Shown in pieces: positions 22,953 through 36,100 of a stretch of DNA of 38,705 nucleotides (position 1 is its first letter; each line of letters starts with the position of its first letter). Both the position numbers and the translations under genes were made by a program. Below the pieces are notes generated by a model. The model saw only the letters and a program-made list of their open reading frames with translations. It was not told the origin of the DNA and did no database searches. Origin of the DNA: Parvularia atlantis (lineage: Eukaryota); contig CALSCO010000083.1 in assembly GCA_943704415.1 (NCBI GenBank), forward strand, positions 1-38,705. The letters run 5' to 3'.

Positions 22953-23506
22953 ATGGCCTCCGTCCTGCGCCAGGCCGCCCGCCGCGCTTTCGCGACGGCA
23001 GCGCACACCGGCGAGCACGCACACGGCGCGGCCCCGGGCGGCGCTGTCGCGCACGTCGCGCACGAGATCGCCGAGCAGAGCCACGCGACCAGTGCGTCCG
23101 TGCGCGGGCGGGGGCGCGGGTGGAGGCGCACGAGCGTGTGGGTGGATTGGGGCGCGGGCTGATTGCGATCACGCTCAACGACCGTCGGCTCAACTCACGC
23201 GCCCGCCGCGCAGAGTCGATGGTGACGTGGAAGAACATCTCGCTCTTCGTGGCCATCCCCGCATGCTTCGTGATCGCCGCCAACGCCTACTACATGGTCA
23301 CGAACAAGCCGCACGAGCACCACGACGCGCACCACGACGAGCCGCCCAAGTACGGCACGTACATCCACGTGCGCGCCAAGGTGCGGCTCGCGCTTTCGGT
23401 CGCCGGCGGGCGGGCAGGCAGCGCCTGACGCCGCCCGGCCACGCAGCCGTTCCCGTGGGGCGACGGCGACAAGACGCTCTTCTGGAACGACCACGTCAAC
23501 CACTGA
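22953..23506 (+). CDS. COX6A: Cytochrome c oxidase subunit 6A (Cox13), mitochondrial precursor
   Basis: Presequence [53 protein letters not shown]. Two introns. Confidence 0.95.
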
Positions 23507-23632
23507 CGCAAGCCATGGCGAGGGTTGTGGGTGTGGGTGTGTGGGCTGTGTGTGCGGGGGAGGGCCGTGAATGCCGCTGTGGTGTGGGCTGTCGTGTGTC
23601 AGTGCAACCACGTGGCCCGCACTTGCTGCGTC

Positions 23633-26131
23633 ATGGCCGACAAGGTGTGGCGCGGGGCGTGTGTCCCGCCCTCCGCGTGCGCGCGCCGCCTGCTCACGCA
23701 CACGCCGCCGCCGCAGCAGCCCCTGCCACCGTTCGACGCGCCGCCCGCCGCGCGCAGTGCGTGCCTCCCGCGCCACCTGCGCCCCCGCAGGCGCGCGCAA
23801 CACACATTCACCGTCACGCCCCCGCAGGCATCACGCCGCTGCAGCCGTACACGGGCTTTGCGCTGGCGCCCGCCCCGTCCACAGTGCCGCCCGCGCACCT
23901 GCTCGAGCCGGCGACGGCCGGGTCGCTTGCCGCCGCCGCCGCTGCCGCCGCCGCCGCCGCCCCCGGCAGCGGCAAGCGCCCCAAGACCGACGGCGCCCCG
24001 GCCACGAGCATGTTTGACGGGTGCGCGCGCGGAGCAAAGGGCCGGCGCACGGCTCACGCCACGCCCGCAGGTCGACCAGCGCCGCGGCGTCGTGGGACTC
24101 ATGGAACCGCGTGGGCCCCAGCGCCGTCAGCGCGGCCGCGCCGCAGCTGCGCAAGAAGCCCGCGCCCGGTTTGCACGGCGCGCCCAGCCCCGACGTCAAG
24201 AAGCCGCCCGCGATCGCGCCCATGCCGCCCGTGGGTGCCGGCTTCGGCCCCAACCCGTTCGCGGCGCGCTTCGGCGGCGACGATGACGTCACGGGTTCGT
24301 CCGGCCCAACGTGCCCAGGCGTCATGCGTCTGATCTGCCTCGTGCAGGCCGACGCCCCGACGCCTTTGCGAGCGCCCCCCTCTCGCCCGGCAGCGTGCTC
24401 GGGCGCGGCGCGCAGGCGCAGCTCCAGCCGGCGCCGCGCATGATCTCGCCCGGGCCCGCGCCCCAGTCGCCATCGGCTGCCGGCAGCAGCAACGGCGCTG
24501 GCGTGATCAGGCTCAAGATGAAGCAGGACCGCGGGCCCGTTGCGGCCGGTTCGACGTGGGAGGTTGTGCAGGCGAGCGGCACGGTGCGTATAGACACGGG
24601 TGGGAGCGCTTCTGACGCGTTGCACCCAGCAGGCGCCTGCCGCCAGCGACGCGCAGCCGATGCGAGGCACGCACAACGCCTGCCTGCCTCGTCTGCGCTG
24701 TGCGCCACTGACGCGCGCTTGCAGACGACCACTTGGTGCCGATGGACACGCCGCTGCAGCCGCGCAACTTGCGCGTCGCGTACGACGCCAAGGAGGACTA
24801 CGGGTGCGCCTCGCCCGCCGCGCGACCAGCGCCACTCATGCGTCCTGCACAGAGCGAGGTTCCGCGACGCCCTGCAGCCACGGCTACCGCAGTCGCAGTC
24901 GCAGTCGCAGTCGCCGCAGCCGCAGCCGCAGCCGCAGTCGCAGCCGCAGCCGCAGCCGCAGCCGCAGGTCGAGATGGAGACGGAGGTGCTGGAGAGCGGC
25001 CGCGCCGGGCTACCCGTGACGACCGCCGCCCCTGCCGAGCCCGCACAGCCGCCGGCCGTCGCCGACGACGCGCCGAGCGCATTGGAACCAGCCCCGCCCG
25101 CAGAGGCCGCCGCACCCGCTGCACCCGCTGCCGACGACACCGTGCTGCTCCCAATACACAAGCCGCAGTACAAGCCGCGACCGCGCTTGCTCGTGCGGCC
25201 CCAGCGGGCCGCGTCGCCGACGACGGCCTCGTCAGTGCGTCGCGCGGTAGCATCCGCCGCGACTGACGCGTGCGGTGCGCAGTACGACGTCGAGGGCCCG
25301 CGGACACGCGGACGGCTGCGCGCCGACCGCGAGACGAGCGAGGACGGCGGCGACGGCGACAACGACGAAGCCGACGACGCCTACGCGATCAGCATGGCTG
25401 GTGCGCGAGCGCACTGCGCGGTACCGCTGTGCTGACACACGCGCAGACACCGTCATAGTGCCGGACGAGGTCGCGCCGTTCAAGCCCAACTCGCAGACGA
25501 TGCGCCTGCTGTTCAACCAGCCCCTGCAGCTGCAGTCGGCTGAGGCGCTGCAGCTTATTGAGCGCGAGACGCGGATGTACCAGGTGCGCGGGCCTGCATG
25601 CCAGCGTCCTGCGTGCCTGCTCACGGCCGCTCGGCGCAGAGCCTCGTGCGGCTCGCCAACTGCCTCGAGGAGGACACGTTCGAGTGGGCTGGGTCGGACG
25701 TGGTCGAGAAGGCCGACCCGGAGAGCCTGCGCAAGCTTCGCGACGCGGTGCAGGTGCGCTCGTGTGTGCTGTGCTGTGCTGTGCTGTGCTGTGCTGTGTG
25801 ACGCTGACCGGGCGCGCTCGTGCGCAGGAGGCGCTCGGCAACAGCCGCGAGATAATCCAGCGCACGATCCAGCTGCGTGGGCAGATGAACCGCGTGCTGC
25901 AGCAGCGCTCGTTCATCAAGCACGTGCTGCGGCACCGGCAGCGGCGCCCGGCACGGCCGGCCGGTGCGGCGCGGGCGTCGGTGGGTGGGCGCGGCGGCGG
26001 TGGCTCACGGCCGCGGCGCAGGCAAGGGCAAGAAGGCTGCCGAGCGGCCGAGCGCGCGCAGTGACGGCGTCGAGCGGCGCGGGAGCATGCTCGGGGGGTC
26101 GTCGGCCGGGAGTGCGTCGGGCGCGCGCTGA
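23633..26131 (+). CDS. Pro/Ala/Gln-rich protein with a C-terminal helical domain weakly reminiscent of fungal Rxt2 (Rpd3L subunit)
   Basis: Consistent multi-exon frame from MADK. C-terminal LQSAEALQLIERETRMYQSLVRLANCLEED...AVQEALGNSREIIQRTIQLRGQMNRVLQQRSFI. The gene is well supported but the family call is weak. Confidence 0.55.
24889..24967 (+). repeat. (GCAGTC/GCAGCC)n coding repeat encoding a QSQSQS/QPQPQP tract
   Basis: Tandem hexamers in frame. Confidence 0.85.
25766..25795. repeat. Intronic (GTGCT)n pentamer repeat
   Basis: Tandem GTGCT within a GT-AG intron. Confidence 0.9.
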
Positions 26132-26168
26132 CCCGCGTGGTCTGTTTCTGTACAGCGTGCCTGCTGTG

Positions 26169-27028
26169 TCACGACTGGTTGGGCAGGAGCGGCCGGTCCG
26201 CTGCAGCGGCCATGGGTACGGCCGGCTCGTCGCGCGGCCAGGCGAAGCGTGTGTTGATGAGGTCCTGCGTGCGCACACGCGTCAGTCTGGGCACTCGCTG
26301 CACTGCGTGTGCGGCCCACCTGCGTCGGCAGCCCGTCGAGAATGCACAGCTCGCGCCGGACGTAGTCGACCAGCGGGAAGACCTCGGCCGGGCGGCCGCT
26401 CATATCGGTCATGTTGCGCCAGAGCGCCGAAAACAGGACCGTGTCGCCGCCGAGCAGGCCCTCGTCGTACGCAAGGTTGCGGCCGTAGTACTGCGCCACA
26501 AACTGCTTGATGGTCGACTGGACGTTGCGCACGCGCAGGTTGCGGATGCGCAGCTCCATGTCGGTCATGAGCACCTGGAGCATCTCCGACGTGACCTGCG
26601 TGCCGACGTCGCGCTCGGCGCGGAGGCGCACGAGGCACAGCCACATGTGCAGGTGCGTGATCGAGAACCACGTCTGAAAGTTGTCCTGCATGCCGCACTC
26701 TGCCGTGCCGCCGCGTGAGCCGCCGCTGCCGTCGCGATCGCAGGCGCCACGCGAGCGCAACCGCACCGTCGAGGAAGAACGGCCGGTTGAGCTCGGCTGG
26801 CTCGCAGCACTTGCGGTACAGGTCGTCGCCAATGCGGATGGCCGCGACCCTGCTCTCCTCCAGCCCGAGCAGGCGACCCAGGCCGCGGTAGAGCGAGCTG
26901 CCGACGACGGGCGCGGCCGCCTGCGTCGCGGGCACGGCCGATGGGGGCGCCGCGGGCGGCGACGCGGCGCGGCTCGCGAGCAGGCGGCGGCCGACGAGCA
27001 GGTGCGCCGATCGCCTGCCTGTCAGCAT
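26169..27028 (-). CDS. UQCC1: Ubiquinol-cytochrome c chaperone Cbp3/UQCC1
   Basis: Arg-rich presequence. CGMQDNFQTWFSITHLHMWLCLVRLR, QYYGRNLAYDEGLLGGDTVLFSALWRN, LVDYVRREL. Two introns. Confidence 0.93.
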
Positions 27029-27060
27029 TTTCCGCAGTACGTACGTAGACCTAGTGTTCG

Positions 27061-28710
27061 ATGAGCAAGTGGCACACACACAGCTGGCTGTTCACCGGCT
27101 TGCTGCTGCTCGCGGCTGCGGTCGTTGCGGCGCGCGCCGACGATGACGACGATGACGACGACACGCCGTGCATCGAGGGCCACGCGCCATGGCACGCGGC
27201 GCACGCGCCCGCGCCGCGGATGTGGTGCGGCGGCGTGCTGGCCGACTGGCGCGTGCTGCCCGCGAACGAGACCGATGCGGCCGAGCTGATCGAGGTGCGC
27301 GCTCACACACGCGCATGTGCCCCCGTGGGGAGGCTGATCGGCGCGCAGACCGTCTGGCCGCACGTGCGCGTGCGCATCGACTGCCTGCACGCGCAGCACG
27401 GGCACGGGTGGTGCGCGGCGCGTTCGGCCGTTGTGCTCGACCACGTGCGCTGGAGCTGGATGCGCCTGAGCAAGAACGGGCGCGACCCGGACGTGGTCTG
27501 GCAGGGGCGCCCGATCGAGCTCGTCGTGGGGCTGCTCGTGGGCGCGCAGCTGCGCGTCGTGGGCCTGCCGGCCTGCGCGCCGGCTACGCGGCCGCACAGC
27601 CTCCTCGTCACGATGGACCGCCGCTCGCGCTGGCACGTGTACCAGCACACGAGCGGGCACGGCGGGGCGGACCCGGGCGCGGCGTCCAGCGTGCAGGGCG
27701 GCGGCGCGGACGCGGTCGGCGTCGTGTCGTGGAACATCTGGAACTACGGCGAGCAGGCGGGCGTGCCGCACCACACGCGCCTCGACAAGCTGATCGACGC
27801 CGTGCACCGCCTCCAGCCGGCCGTCGTCGCGCTGCAGGAGGTCCGCTACGACTACAAGCACCAGCACCACCAGCGCGAGTGCCAGGTGCACCACCTGAGC
27901 GACGGCCTGCCGGACTACCAGGTGCGCGGCCGTTGACGGTCTGCTGCCTGCGCCTGAGGTCCGCGCCGGCGCCCCAGTTTGTCTTCCAGCCGGCGATGGC
28001 GTACCCCGAGCGCGTGATCGAGCGCGTGGAGGAGGGCCTGGCCGTGTTCTCGCGCCTGCCGGTCGTCGAGCACTCGTACATCCTCCTCCCGCACAACTCG
28101 AGCGACCCGGACGACTTTCACCAGCGCATCTGCCTGCGTGTGCGCGTGCGCCTCCCCGGCAACGCGCCGCGCACGCTCGACGTCTTTGTCACGCACCTGT
28201 CGATGTCTGCGCGCGCACAAGAGCGCTCGGTCGTGGCCATCTGGCGCTTCATGCGCCGCTCGACCCGCCAGGGCGTACCAGCGCTGCTCGCGGGCGACCT
28301 GAACGCCGAGCCCGGCCACCGCGCGATCCAGTGCGTTGCCGCGCGCGCGTTCGAACGTGCTGACATTGCACGCGCCCCACAGATTCCTGCACGGCAAGGT
28401 CCGGCTCGACGGTGTGCGCGCGCGCGGTCTGGAGGACCTGTGGCTGCAGCTGCACCCCGGTCTGTGAGCTCGCCGCTCACTCCGTCGCGCTGACCGGTCC
28501 CGCGCGGCAGACGCGCCGGGCCTCACGTTTCCGTCGGACGCGCCCGTCAAACGCATCGACTTTCTATTTCTGCTCAACCCGCGCGACGCGCCGGGGCTGG
28601 CACCGAGGGATGTCGCGCTGGTAGCACACCGGCCAGACTCAGTTCTCATGTCGGATCACCACGGGCTGCACGCGCGCCTCGCGCCCGCCTGTACAGCGCA
28701 CTGCACATGA
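27061..28710 (+). CDS. Secreted endonuclease/exonuclease/phosphatase (EEP, DNase I-like) family protein
   Basis: Signal peptide (WLFTGLLLLAAAVVAARA). EEP motifs VSWNIW, VALQEV, EGLAVFSR, VTHLS, LLAGDLNA, RIDFLF, SDH. TGA at 28708-28710. Confidence 0.9.
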
Positions 28711-28795
28711 TAAAAACGCACGGCAAAACCAGCCGGCGCACGATGTGCTGAGTAACAAAGCAACAACAACCAAATGAAGGGGCGCGCTTTTCGGG

Positions 28796-31700
28796 TCAGG
28801 AGACCGGCAGCGGCTTGACCATCCTGCCGATGGGTTTGTTGCGCGCGAGCATGAGGCGCGAGGTCTCCTGCGGAGCGCAGGCGTGCGTCAGCGGCACCGC
28901 CGGCGTCGCGCTCGATACGCACCCCGGGCCGCGTCGCGAGCACAATGTCGTCGTTCTGGCGCATGAGCACGCGCAGGCGCTTGGTGTCGACGTCGTTAAG
29001 CGACTGGATCACCTCGCCCGTGAACGGGTTGTGCACGTCGACCGTGTGCTCGCCAAACACGACGATCTTGCCGTCGGGCATGATGACTGCGCGCGAAACG
29101 CATGGGCATACGGTCTGGGCCACGCGCGCCCCGCACGCACCGACGGCGAGCAATGGTTCGATGCGGTAGATGACCGTCGGACCGAGCACGTCCCACGTCT
29201 TGGTGTCGACCCAGTAGCCGCACTCTGCGCACGCGCGCACGTCAGCACAGGTACCTCGCCAGCCGCGCGCGCGCGCGCGCGCACTGTCAAACGACAAAAA
29301 CAGCTTCTGGTCGCCCAGCGACGACAGGTACAGCGGCACGGAGCGCTTGGGCACTTCCAGGTGCAGCCAGCGGTATGCTTGGCTGGCACGGCAGTGCGGC
29401 GCGGTCAGGGCGCTGCACTCCACGGTGCTGCCCGGCGCACCTGTCCACATCCACGACGTAAAAGTCGTTTGCGCCCTGCACCGCCAGCTGCACGACGCGC
29501 CCGTCGCGGCCCACGACCGCCTCGGCCGCCAGGCACGGCTCGGGCAGGGTCCAGTCCTGCGTGCGCGCGTCAGCCATGGGCACAGCGATGTGCGCGCGTC
29601 GCACGTGCCTTGATCTTCATAAACCTGTTGTGCGGGAAGAGCGCCCACATGTACAGGATGACGACGCGCTTGCACACGATGCACAGGAAGACGGTGCCCT
29701 GCGCGCGGACTGCTCCGGTGGGTCAGCGGCAGGGGTGCGATGCGAGGCGCGGCAGCACGCACTAAACGAGAACTTGGTGCAGTTGCGCGAGCCCTGCAGC
29801 TTGACGTAGGGGAACGACGCCGCGAGCTTCTTCTCGCCGCGCGCCACCTCGGCCAGCAGCGTGAGGCTGTACATGCGGATGCTCGTCGAGGCCGACGACG
29901 CTGACCCGGTGAAGTTGGTCGACGCTACGCTTCCCGTCAGACAGGCCCGTGCGCGCGTTTGCGTCGGCCCACGCACTGACGAGGCCCATCATGACGCCGT
30001 ACTCCTCGATCACGGCAATCTGCTTGAAGGGCGTCTTGGCCACGAGGCAGGTCACTGCGGCCGCGCGCGCGCATGAGCGGCTTGCCCAGCGCCGCGCCCG
30101 TCCACCACGCACGGTTGCCGAGCTTGTCCAGCTGGAAGAGGCCGTTGGGCGAGCCAAACATGAAGCGCTTGCCGAGGAACATGGCCGCACACGTGATGTC
30201 GATGCCAAACTCAGTCGGCACCGGATAGATTTTGATGCCGGCTGACACTGCCGGCGCGTCCTGGACGGCGGCGAGTAAGCACACCGTCAGCGTGCGACTA
30301 CGCGACGTTTGCGCACCTCAAGCGGCAGCGCCTGCGCGACGTCGGTCTTGTCTGCGTGCGCCGGTTTGAGCGCCGTGTCGCACATTCAGGGCGTGCACGC
30401 ACCCGACTCGTCCAGGTTTTGTGAGCTCAGGTTCGGGCTCGAGACCTTGCGCACCGGCGCGCGCTCGCTGATGAGCATCGACATGGGGCGACCCTCGGCC
30501 GACTCGCTCGTGGGCCGGCGGCGCGACGGCGGCGAGTCCGCGTCCTCGCCGGCACCACCCTGGGCACCGGCCAGCTCTGGGTCGCTCTCGGCGATGCGTG
30601 TGAGCACCGAGGGCCGTGGGCCGACGGGCGGCGACGACGACGGCCCGGCTGGGTGGGCGGGGCTGCGTCAGCGTTGCGCGCTGTGCACATGCGCCGACGC
30701 ACATTCGGGGATCGAGCCGGTGCGCGACACGCGGCGCTTGGTCGGCATACGCAAAAGCAGCATGGCGCCCTCAGGCGCGGCTTCGTCGCCCATCGGCGTG
30801 CTGAGCGACGCGCGGCGGCCTGCGGAATGTGTAGCTGGCGCGTCAGAGCACGCCAGCGCGTGGGGCAGCGCACCGTTGTCGATCGAGGTGTTGCGACGCG
30901 CGGCAACGATCGCCGCCGCCGCTGTTGTGCTCGACGTCGTCGTGTCCGATGAGATTTCGCTCACGTTGAGCGACAACGACGACTCGGAGCCCTTGAGCTC
31001 GCCGTCTGACTCGTCCTCCGACTCGACCGGCGCGTCGCCGCCGTCGTTGTCCTGCAAGGCCGCGCACCCAGCTCAGTGTCAACGTCGACGCCTGCTCGGC
31101 TGCGCACCTCAAACAGCGGGTTGATGATCTTGCCGCCGGCGGACGCGGGAAAGTCGTCAAAGCTCGTGCTTGTGGGCAGCTTGGACTTGGCGCTGAACAT
31201 CTCAAGGTCGGTGCCAAACATGAGCGCGACGGGCGAGTTCTGCGTGCGCGCAAGTTCGCACGCGCGCACCGACCCGAGCGCATGGCGCACGCACCGGCGC
31301 GTCGATCTCGCTGTCGACGAAGGGCGTGCCGTAAAGGTCGAGCAGGCTCATGGGCTCTTCGACCGCGACGACTTTCTTCGCAGCCGAGCGCGTGAACGTG
31401 CCCATGAAGCCCGATGTGTGCTTCTCCTTCTTGGACTTGCTCGCGGCGGCGGCGGCCACATCGCTCACGCTCTTGGCCTTGGCGCCTTCCAGCAGCTGGC
31501 GCCTGCGATGCGGCGCGCGCGGTCGGCGCTGCACGTTTCGCACGCGCACTGCGCCACGCACGTTAGCGCGACCTCCTCCGGCGGCGCGACGTCGAGGCGC
31601 GAGACGAGGTCGGGGAAGGATGTCGACTTGCGCAGCGTCAGGCGCGACGTGCCCTTGCTGAGCTTGAGGAACGCGTGCTGCAGGTGCATCGCGGTCAGAG

Positions 31701-33007
31701 CATGCTTGAGACGTCCACATGCGCACCTTGAGGCTCTGCTCGGCCGTGGGGCGCTTGGCCGGGTCCTTGGCCAGGCACGACGCGACAAAGTCGCGCAGCG
31801 TCTTTGACCTGCCGGGCGGCGCGCAGGGAGCTGTCGGCATCGGGGTGAGGAAGGCGCGGGCGACGCACCACTTCTTCGGCTGCGCGAGCGTCGGCGGCGG
31901 GTTGTTTTGGATGAGCATGAGGGCGCGCAGCGGGTGGTACTCGGCGTAGGGCGGCTCGCCCTCGGCCATCTCGATCGCGAGAATGCCGACCGACCAAATG
32001 TCGCACTGCGTGCCGCGGGGCTGAGGCGATACGCACGGCGTGCACGGGATGCGCGTACCTTCTCGTCGTACGAGGCCTCCATGTCCTTGTCGCAGACGAT
32101 AACCTCGGGCGCCATCCTGGTGCGCGCGCGCGCGCGCGCGCAGGGGTCAGGTGTGGCCCGCGAGCGAGCCCTGTGCGCCGCACCAGTACGGCGTGCCGAT
32201 GAACGTGTTGCGCTGCATCGACGAGCGGCCCTTGTCGGGCGCGATCGAGATGCCAAAGTCGACTGGTGTGCCGCGTCAGTCCCCGCACGTGCACACACAC
32301 ACACACACAGACACGGCGGCGCGTCGTCCGCACCGAGCTTGACGTCGCCCGAGGCGGTCAGGAGCACGTTGCCGCTCTTGACGTCGCGGTGGATCATCTT
32401 GTGCTCATGCATGTACGCGAGGCCCTGTCGCGCGCGAATGGGCCCTCGGCGCACGGCCAGCGCACGTTCGCGCGCACCTTGAGAACCTCGGCACTGACGT
32501 ACGACGTGTGCTCCTCCGACAGGCCGCGGCCGAGGTCTGTGCGCGCGCGCGCGCCGTCGTGAGTGCAGCGCACGTGGCGCAAGGGGCCGGCGCACTCTTG
32601 AGCAGGTCGAGGACGCTGCCGGCGGTGCACAGCTCCATCACAATCTGCGCGGCCGCGCGCCCGTCAGCCGCCGTCGCTCACACGCGCGCGGCCGCACCCA
32701 GATCTTGTCCTGCTTGGAGAAGACGCCGAAGAAGTCGACGACGTTGGGCGAGCGGCAGTGCTCGAGCACGCTGATCTCGGCCTCGATCTCCTCCAGCTCC
32801 TCGTCGAGCCAGTCGAGCGTCTTGACGGCGACGTAGGTGTTGGTCGGCGTGTGGCGGCCCTGCGCGTGTGTCCGAGGGGTTGGCGAGCGGGCACGGCCGC
32901 GCGCCACGCACCTTGTACACGGCGCCGTAGTTGCCCTTGCCGAGCAGCTTCACGAGCTCAAACTCGCCCGTCGGGTCGGGCGGCGGCGCAGCGCGGTCGA
33001 GGCGCAT
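28796..33007 (-). CDS. STE20/GCK-family kinase with C-terminal CNH domain (MAP4K/Misshapen-type architecture)
   Basis: [68 protein letters not shown] start [31 protein letters not shown] at 28796-28798. Confidence 0.92.
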
Positions 33008-33160
33008 GTCGGGCGGCGGCGCGCGAGGCGGGGTGGCGAAGGGAACTGGGGCCGTGGGCGTCGCACGCGCGTTTCAGCCTCGTTGCGCGAGCTCGCCGGG
33101 CGAGCGCGGCACAGTAAATGAGGCTCGCCAAATGTCTCAGTGTGGCACGCGGATGATGGC

Positions 33161-36100
33161 TCACTTCGCGGTCCATGTGCGCAGCAGCGCAGACAGCCGC
33201 TCCCGCTCGTCGTCCAGCGCCGGTGCGCGCGCGGCAGCGGCGGCGGCGGCCGGGGCAGCGGTCGCCGAGACGGGCCGCGTGCGGCGCTCGGCCGGCCGCT
33301 TGCGCTGTTCGCCCGGTGAGACCGCCTTGAGGCCGAGCATCTCCGACAGGGTGCGGTTGGCCCTGCAGTGGCCGCGCGATGTGTCAGCAAGTGCGACGGC
33401 GGCGGCGGCGGCGGCGCGCGCGCGTGCGGGCGGCGCATACTGGTTGAGCCGCACGATGCCGTTGAGCAGATCAAAGTTCTTCTGCTCGAGCGTCGCGATC
33501 TGCGCCTTGAGCCGCGCCAGCTCGACCTCGTCCTTCTCCAGCAGCGCCACGAGCTCGGCGTAGTCCTGCCGCGCGCGATCGGGTGAACCTGCGCGCGCCT
33601 GGTGTGCCGCGCGAGCGCACCGGCGACGGCACAGCGGCAGGCGCAGCAACAGCGGCCGGCACGACGGCACCCGCGGCCCCGCCTCGCCCGAGCAGCGTCG
33701 CCGCCGCGCCCGACATCTGCCAGATCTCCTTGTCGGTCTGGAGCGCGAGCCGCTGGCGGCTGACCTCGGACTTTTCGCGTTGCAGCGCGGCCTCGCGTGC
33801 GTCCAGGTGCTGCCGCGCCGCCTCGATCCGCAGCTCCTGCTCCTTGACCACCTGCAGCGCCGAGTGCTGCTGCCGGTCGAGCTCGGCCAGACGGCTCGCG
33901 TCCCGCTCGAGCGCGGCCTCCTTGGCGTGCAACTGCGCCTCCTTCTCGCGCACGCCGTCCAGCAGCTCGCGCTCGCGCTCGTCCAGCGTGCGCTTCTGCG
34001 CCTTGAGCGCGGTCTCCTGGCGGATCTGCAGCGGTGGCCGACGTCTGAGCAAGGGCACACGCAGCAGGCCAGAACGCACGAGCTCGATCTCCTTCAGACG
34101 AAGCTGGTCCTTGAGCTGGTCTACCTTGCGCTCCGTGTCCATAACCCACTGCTGCCGCTTCATGATGTCCTCGCGCTGCTCGCCCACTCGGGCCAGGCGG
34201 TCGTTGGTCTCGGTCGCGGCCACGCGCAGCTGCCGAGCGTGTTGGGGCCCGCCGCGCCGCGTCAGCCCGCCGGGCGCACCTGGTCCTGCAGCGCCTGCGC
34301 CGTGCCCTGCAGCGTGCGCATGAGCGCCTCCAGTTGCAGCCGGTCGGCGTGCAGCGCGTCGCGCTGGCGCTTGAGCGACTCGTTCTCCTCGATCAGCCTG
34401 CCGGGCGCGTGAGTGAGCGGCGCATGCGCGGTCGCCGGCCCTGCCCGCACGTTTCCAGCTGACGCTTGGCCTGCTCGTGCTGCAGTGACAGGTCCGCGTC
34501 GGCCAGGGCGCTGCGCCGCTCGGTCGACTGCGCGTGCTTCCCGAGCTCCTCTAGCTGCTCGCGCGTGCTGCGGTGGCTCTGGCGCTCCTGCGCCAGCGCG
34601 GCCTCGGCCGCCTCCTTGTCGGCCGTGAGCGCGGCGATCTGAGCGCCTTTGTCGGCGACAGCCTGGGTGAGCACGTCGAGCTGGTTCTTGCCGGCCGAGA
34701 GCTTGTCCTCGAGCTTGCGCTGGTGCGGGGGTGTCACTCGACCGGCAGCGGTCAGCACACGGCGCGCACCTTTTGCTGCACCAGCTCGTCCAGGCTCGAG
34801 TGCAGCGCGCCCATCTGCTGTGCCATCGTCTGCTCGAGTTGCTCGTTGCGCGCGCGCAGCCGCGCGAGCTGGCCCGTGTGCTCGCTCTCGATCGCCTGCA
34901 GGCGCGCGGAGAAGATGCGCTCCTGATCGCGCAGGGCTGGGTGCGCAGCCGACCGGTCGGTTGCGTGCACCTGCGTGCAGCCGGCGGCGCACCATTCTGC
35001 GAGCTCGCGTGCAGCTCCACCAGCCGCTGCGGCAGCTCGAGCGACGTCGTGCGAGCGGCCTCGGCGCCGACCGTCGACAGCGCGACCACCTGGCTCTGCA
35101 GCGCCGCCGCATGTGCCGTGGCCTCGCGCAGCCGATCCTCGAGCGCGCTCTTGTCGGCCGCGGCGCGCGCTTGCAGCTCGCTCTGCGAGTTGGTGAGCGC
35201 GCGCGACCGCGCACGACCGCTGCGCGCACCACACGCTGCAGCGCGTCATCGCGCTCGGCGCGCACGGCGGCGAGCGACGCGTCGCTGGTCGTGCGCTGCT
35301 GCTGCTGCTGCGCACCGAGGCGGTCCAAGTCGGCGCGCAGACGGTCGTTGCGCGTGTTGGCCGCGGCGAGCTCCTCGCGCAGCTGCGCGATGGTCTGCTG
35401 CTGGGTCTGCTCGGCTGTGCGACACGGGTTCAGCCGACAAGGATGGATGCGCGCACGTGCAGGAACCGCGTACCGTGCGTGCGCTCGGCCAGCGCCGCGC
35501 GCAGCAGCTGCTCCTGCGTGTGCCACGTCGCCGCCATCTGCGCCTGCTTGGTGTCGTAGTCGTCGCGCATCGCCGCCAGCTGCTTGTCCTGCTCCGCGAC
35601 GGTCTTCTTGAGCACGGCCAACTGCGCCTCGTACGCCTGCTTGTCGGTGCGCTGTGCGGCCTGGGCGCGCGCCAGCTCGCGCACGCGGCCGTCGGTGTCG
35701 CTCTGCAGCACGCGCATGGCGCTGTCGGCCTGCGTCTTGTGTTCCTGCAGCTGGCAGCGGCCGCGATCTGAGCTCCGAGTGGCCCGGGCCGCACATCGCG
35801 CGCACCTGCCGCTGGAACTCGGCGCTCATGCGCTGCGCAGCCGCACGTGCCGCGTCCAGCTCGGCGCGAAGCGCGTCGCCCTGCCGCTGCGCGCTTTTGG
35901 CGGTCTCGTAGTCGCGCTGCAGGCTCTCGAACGATTCGAGCAGGTCGTTGGACGCGCGCCGCAACTCGCTGTTCTCCGCGCGCAGGCGCTCGATGTCGCT
36001 CTGCACGACCGCAGCCGCTCAGCGTGCGGGCGGCCTGTGCCGGCGCGTGCGCACCGAGCCGCCCGTTGCGGCGATGACGCGCTCCGACAGCGACTGCAGC

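Noticed and set aside
23092..23213. 122-nt COX6A intron as a snoRNA host
   Set aside because: No convincing C/D or H/ACA boxes, only G-rich low-complexity sequence.
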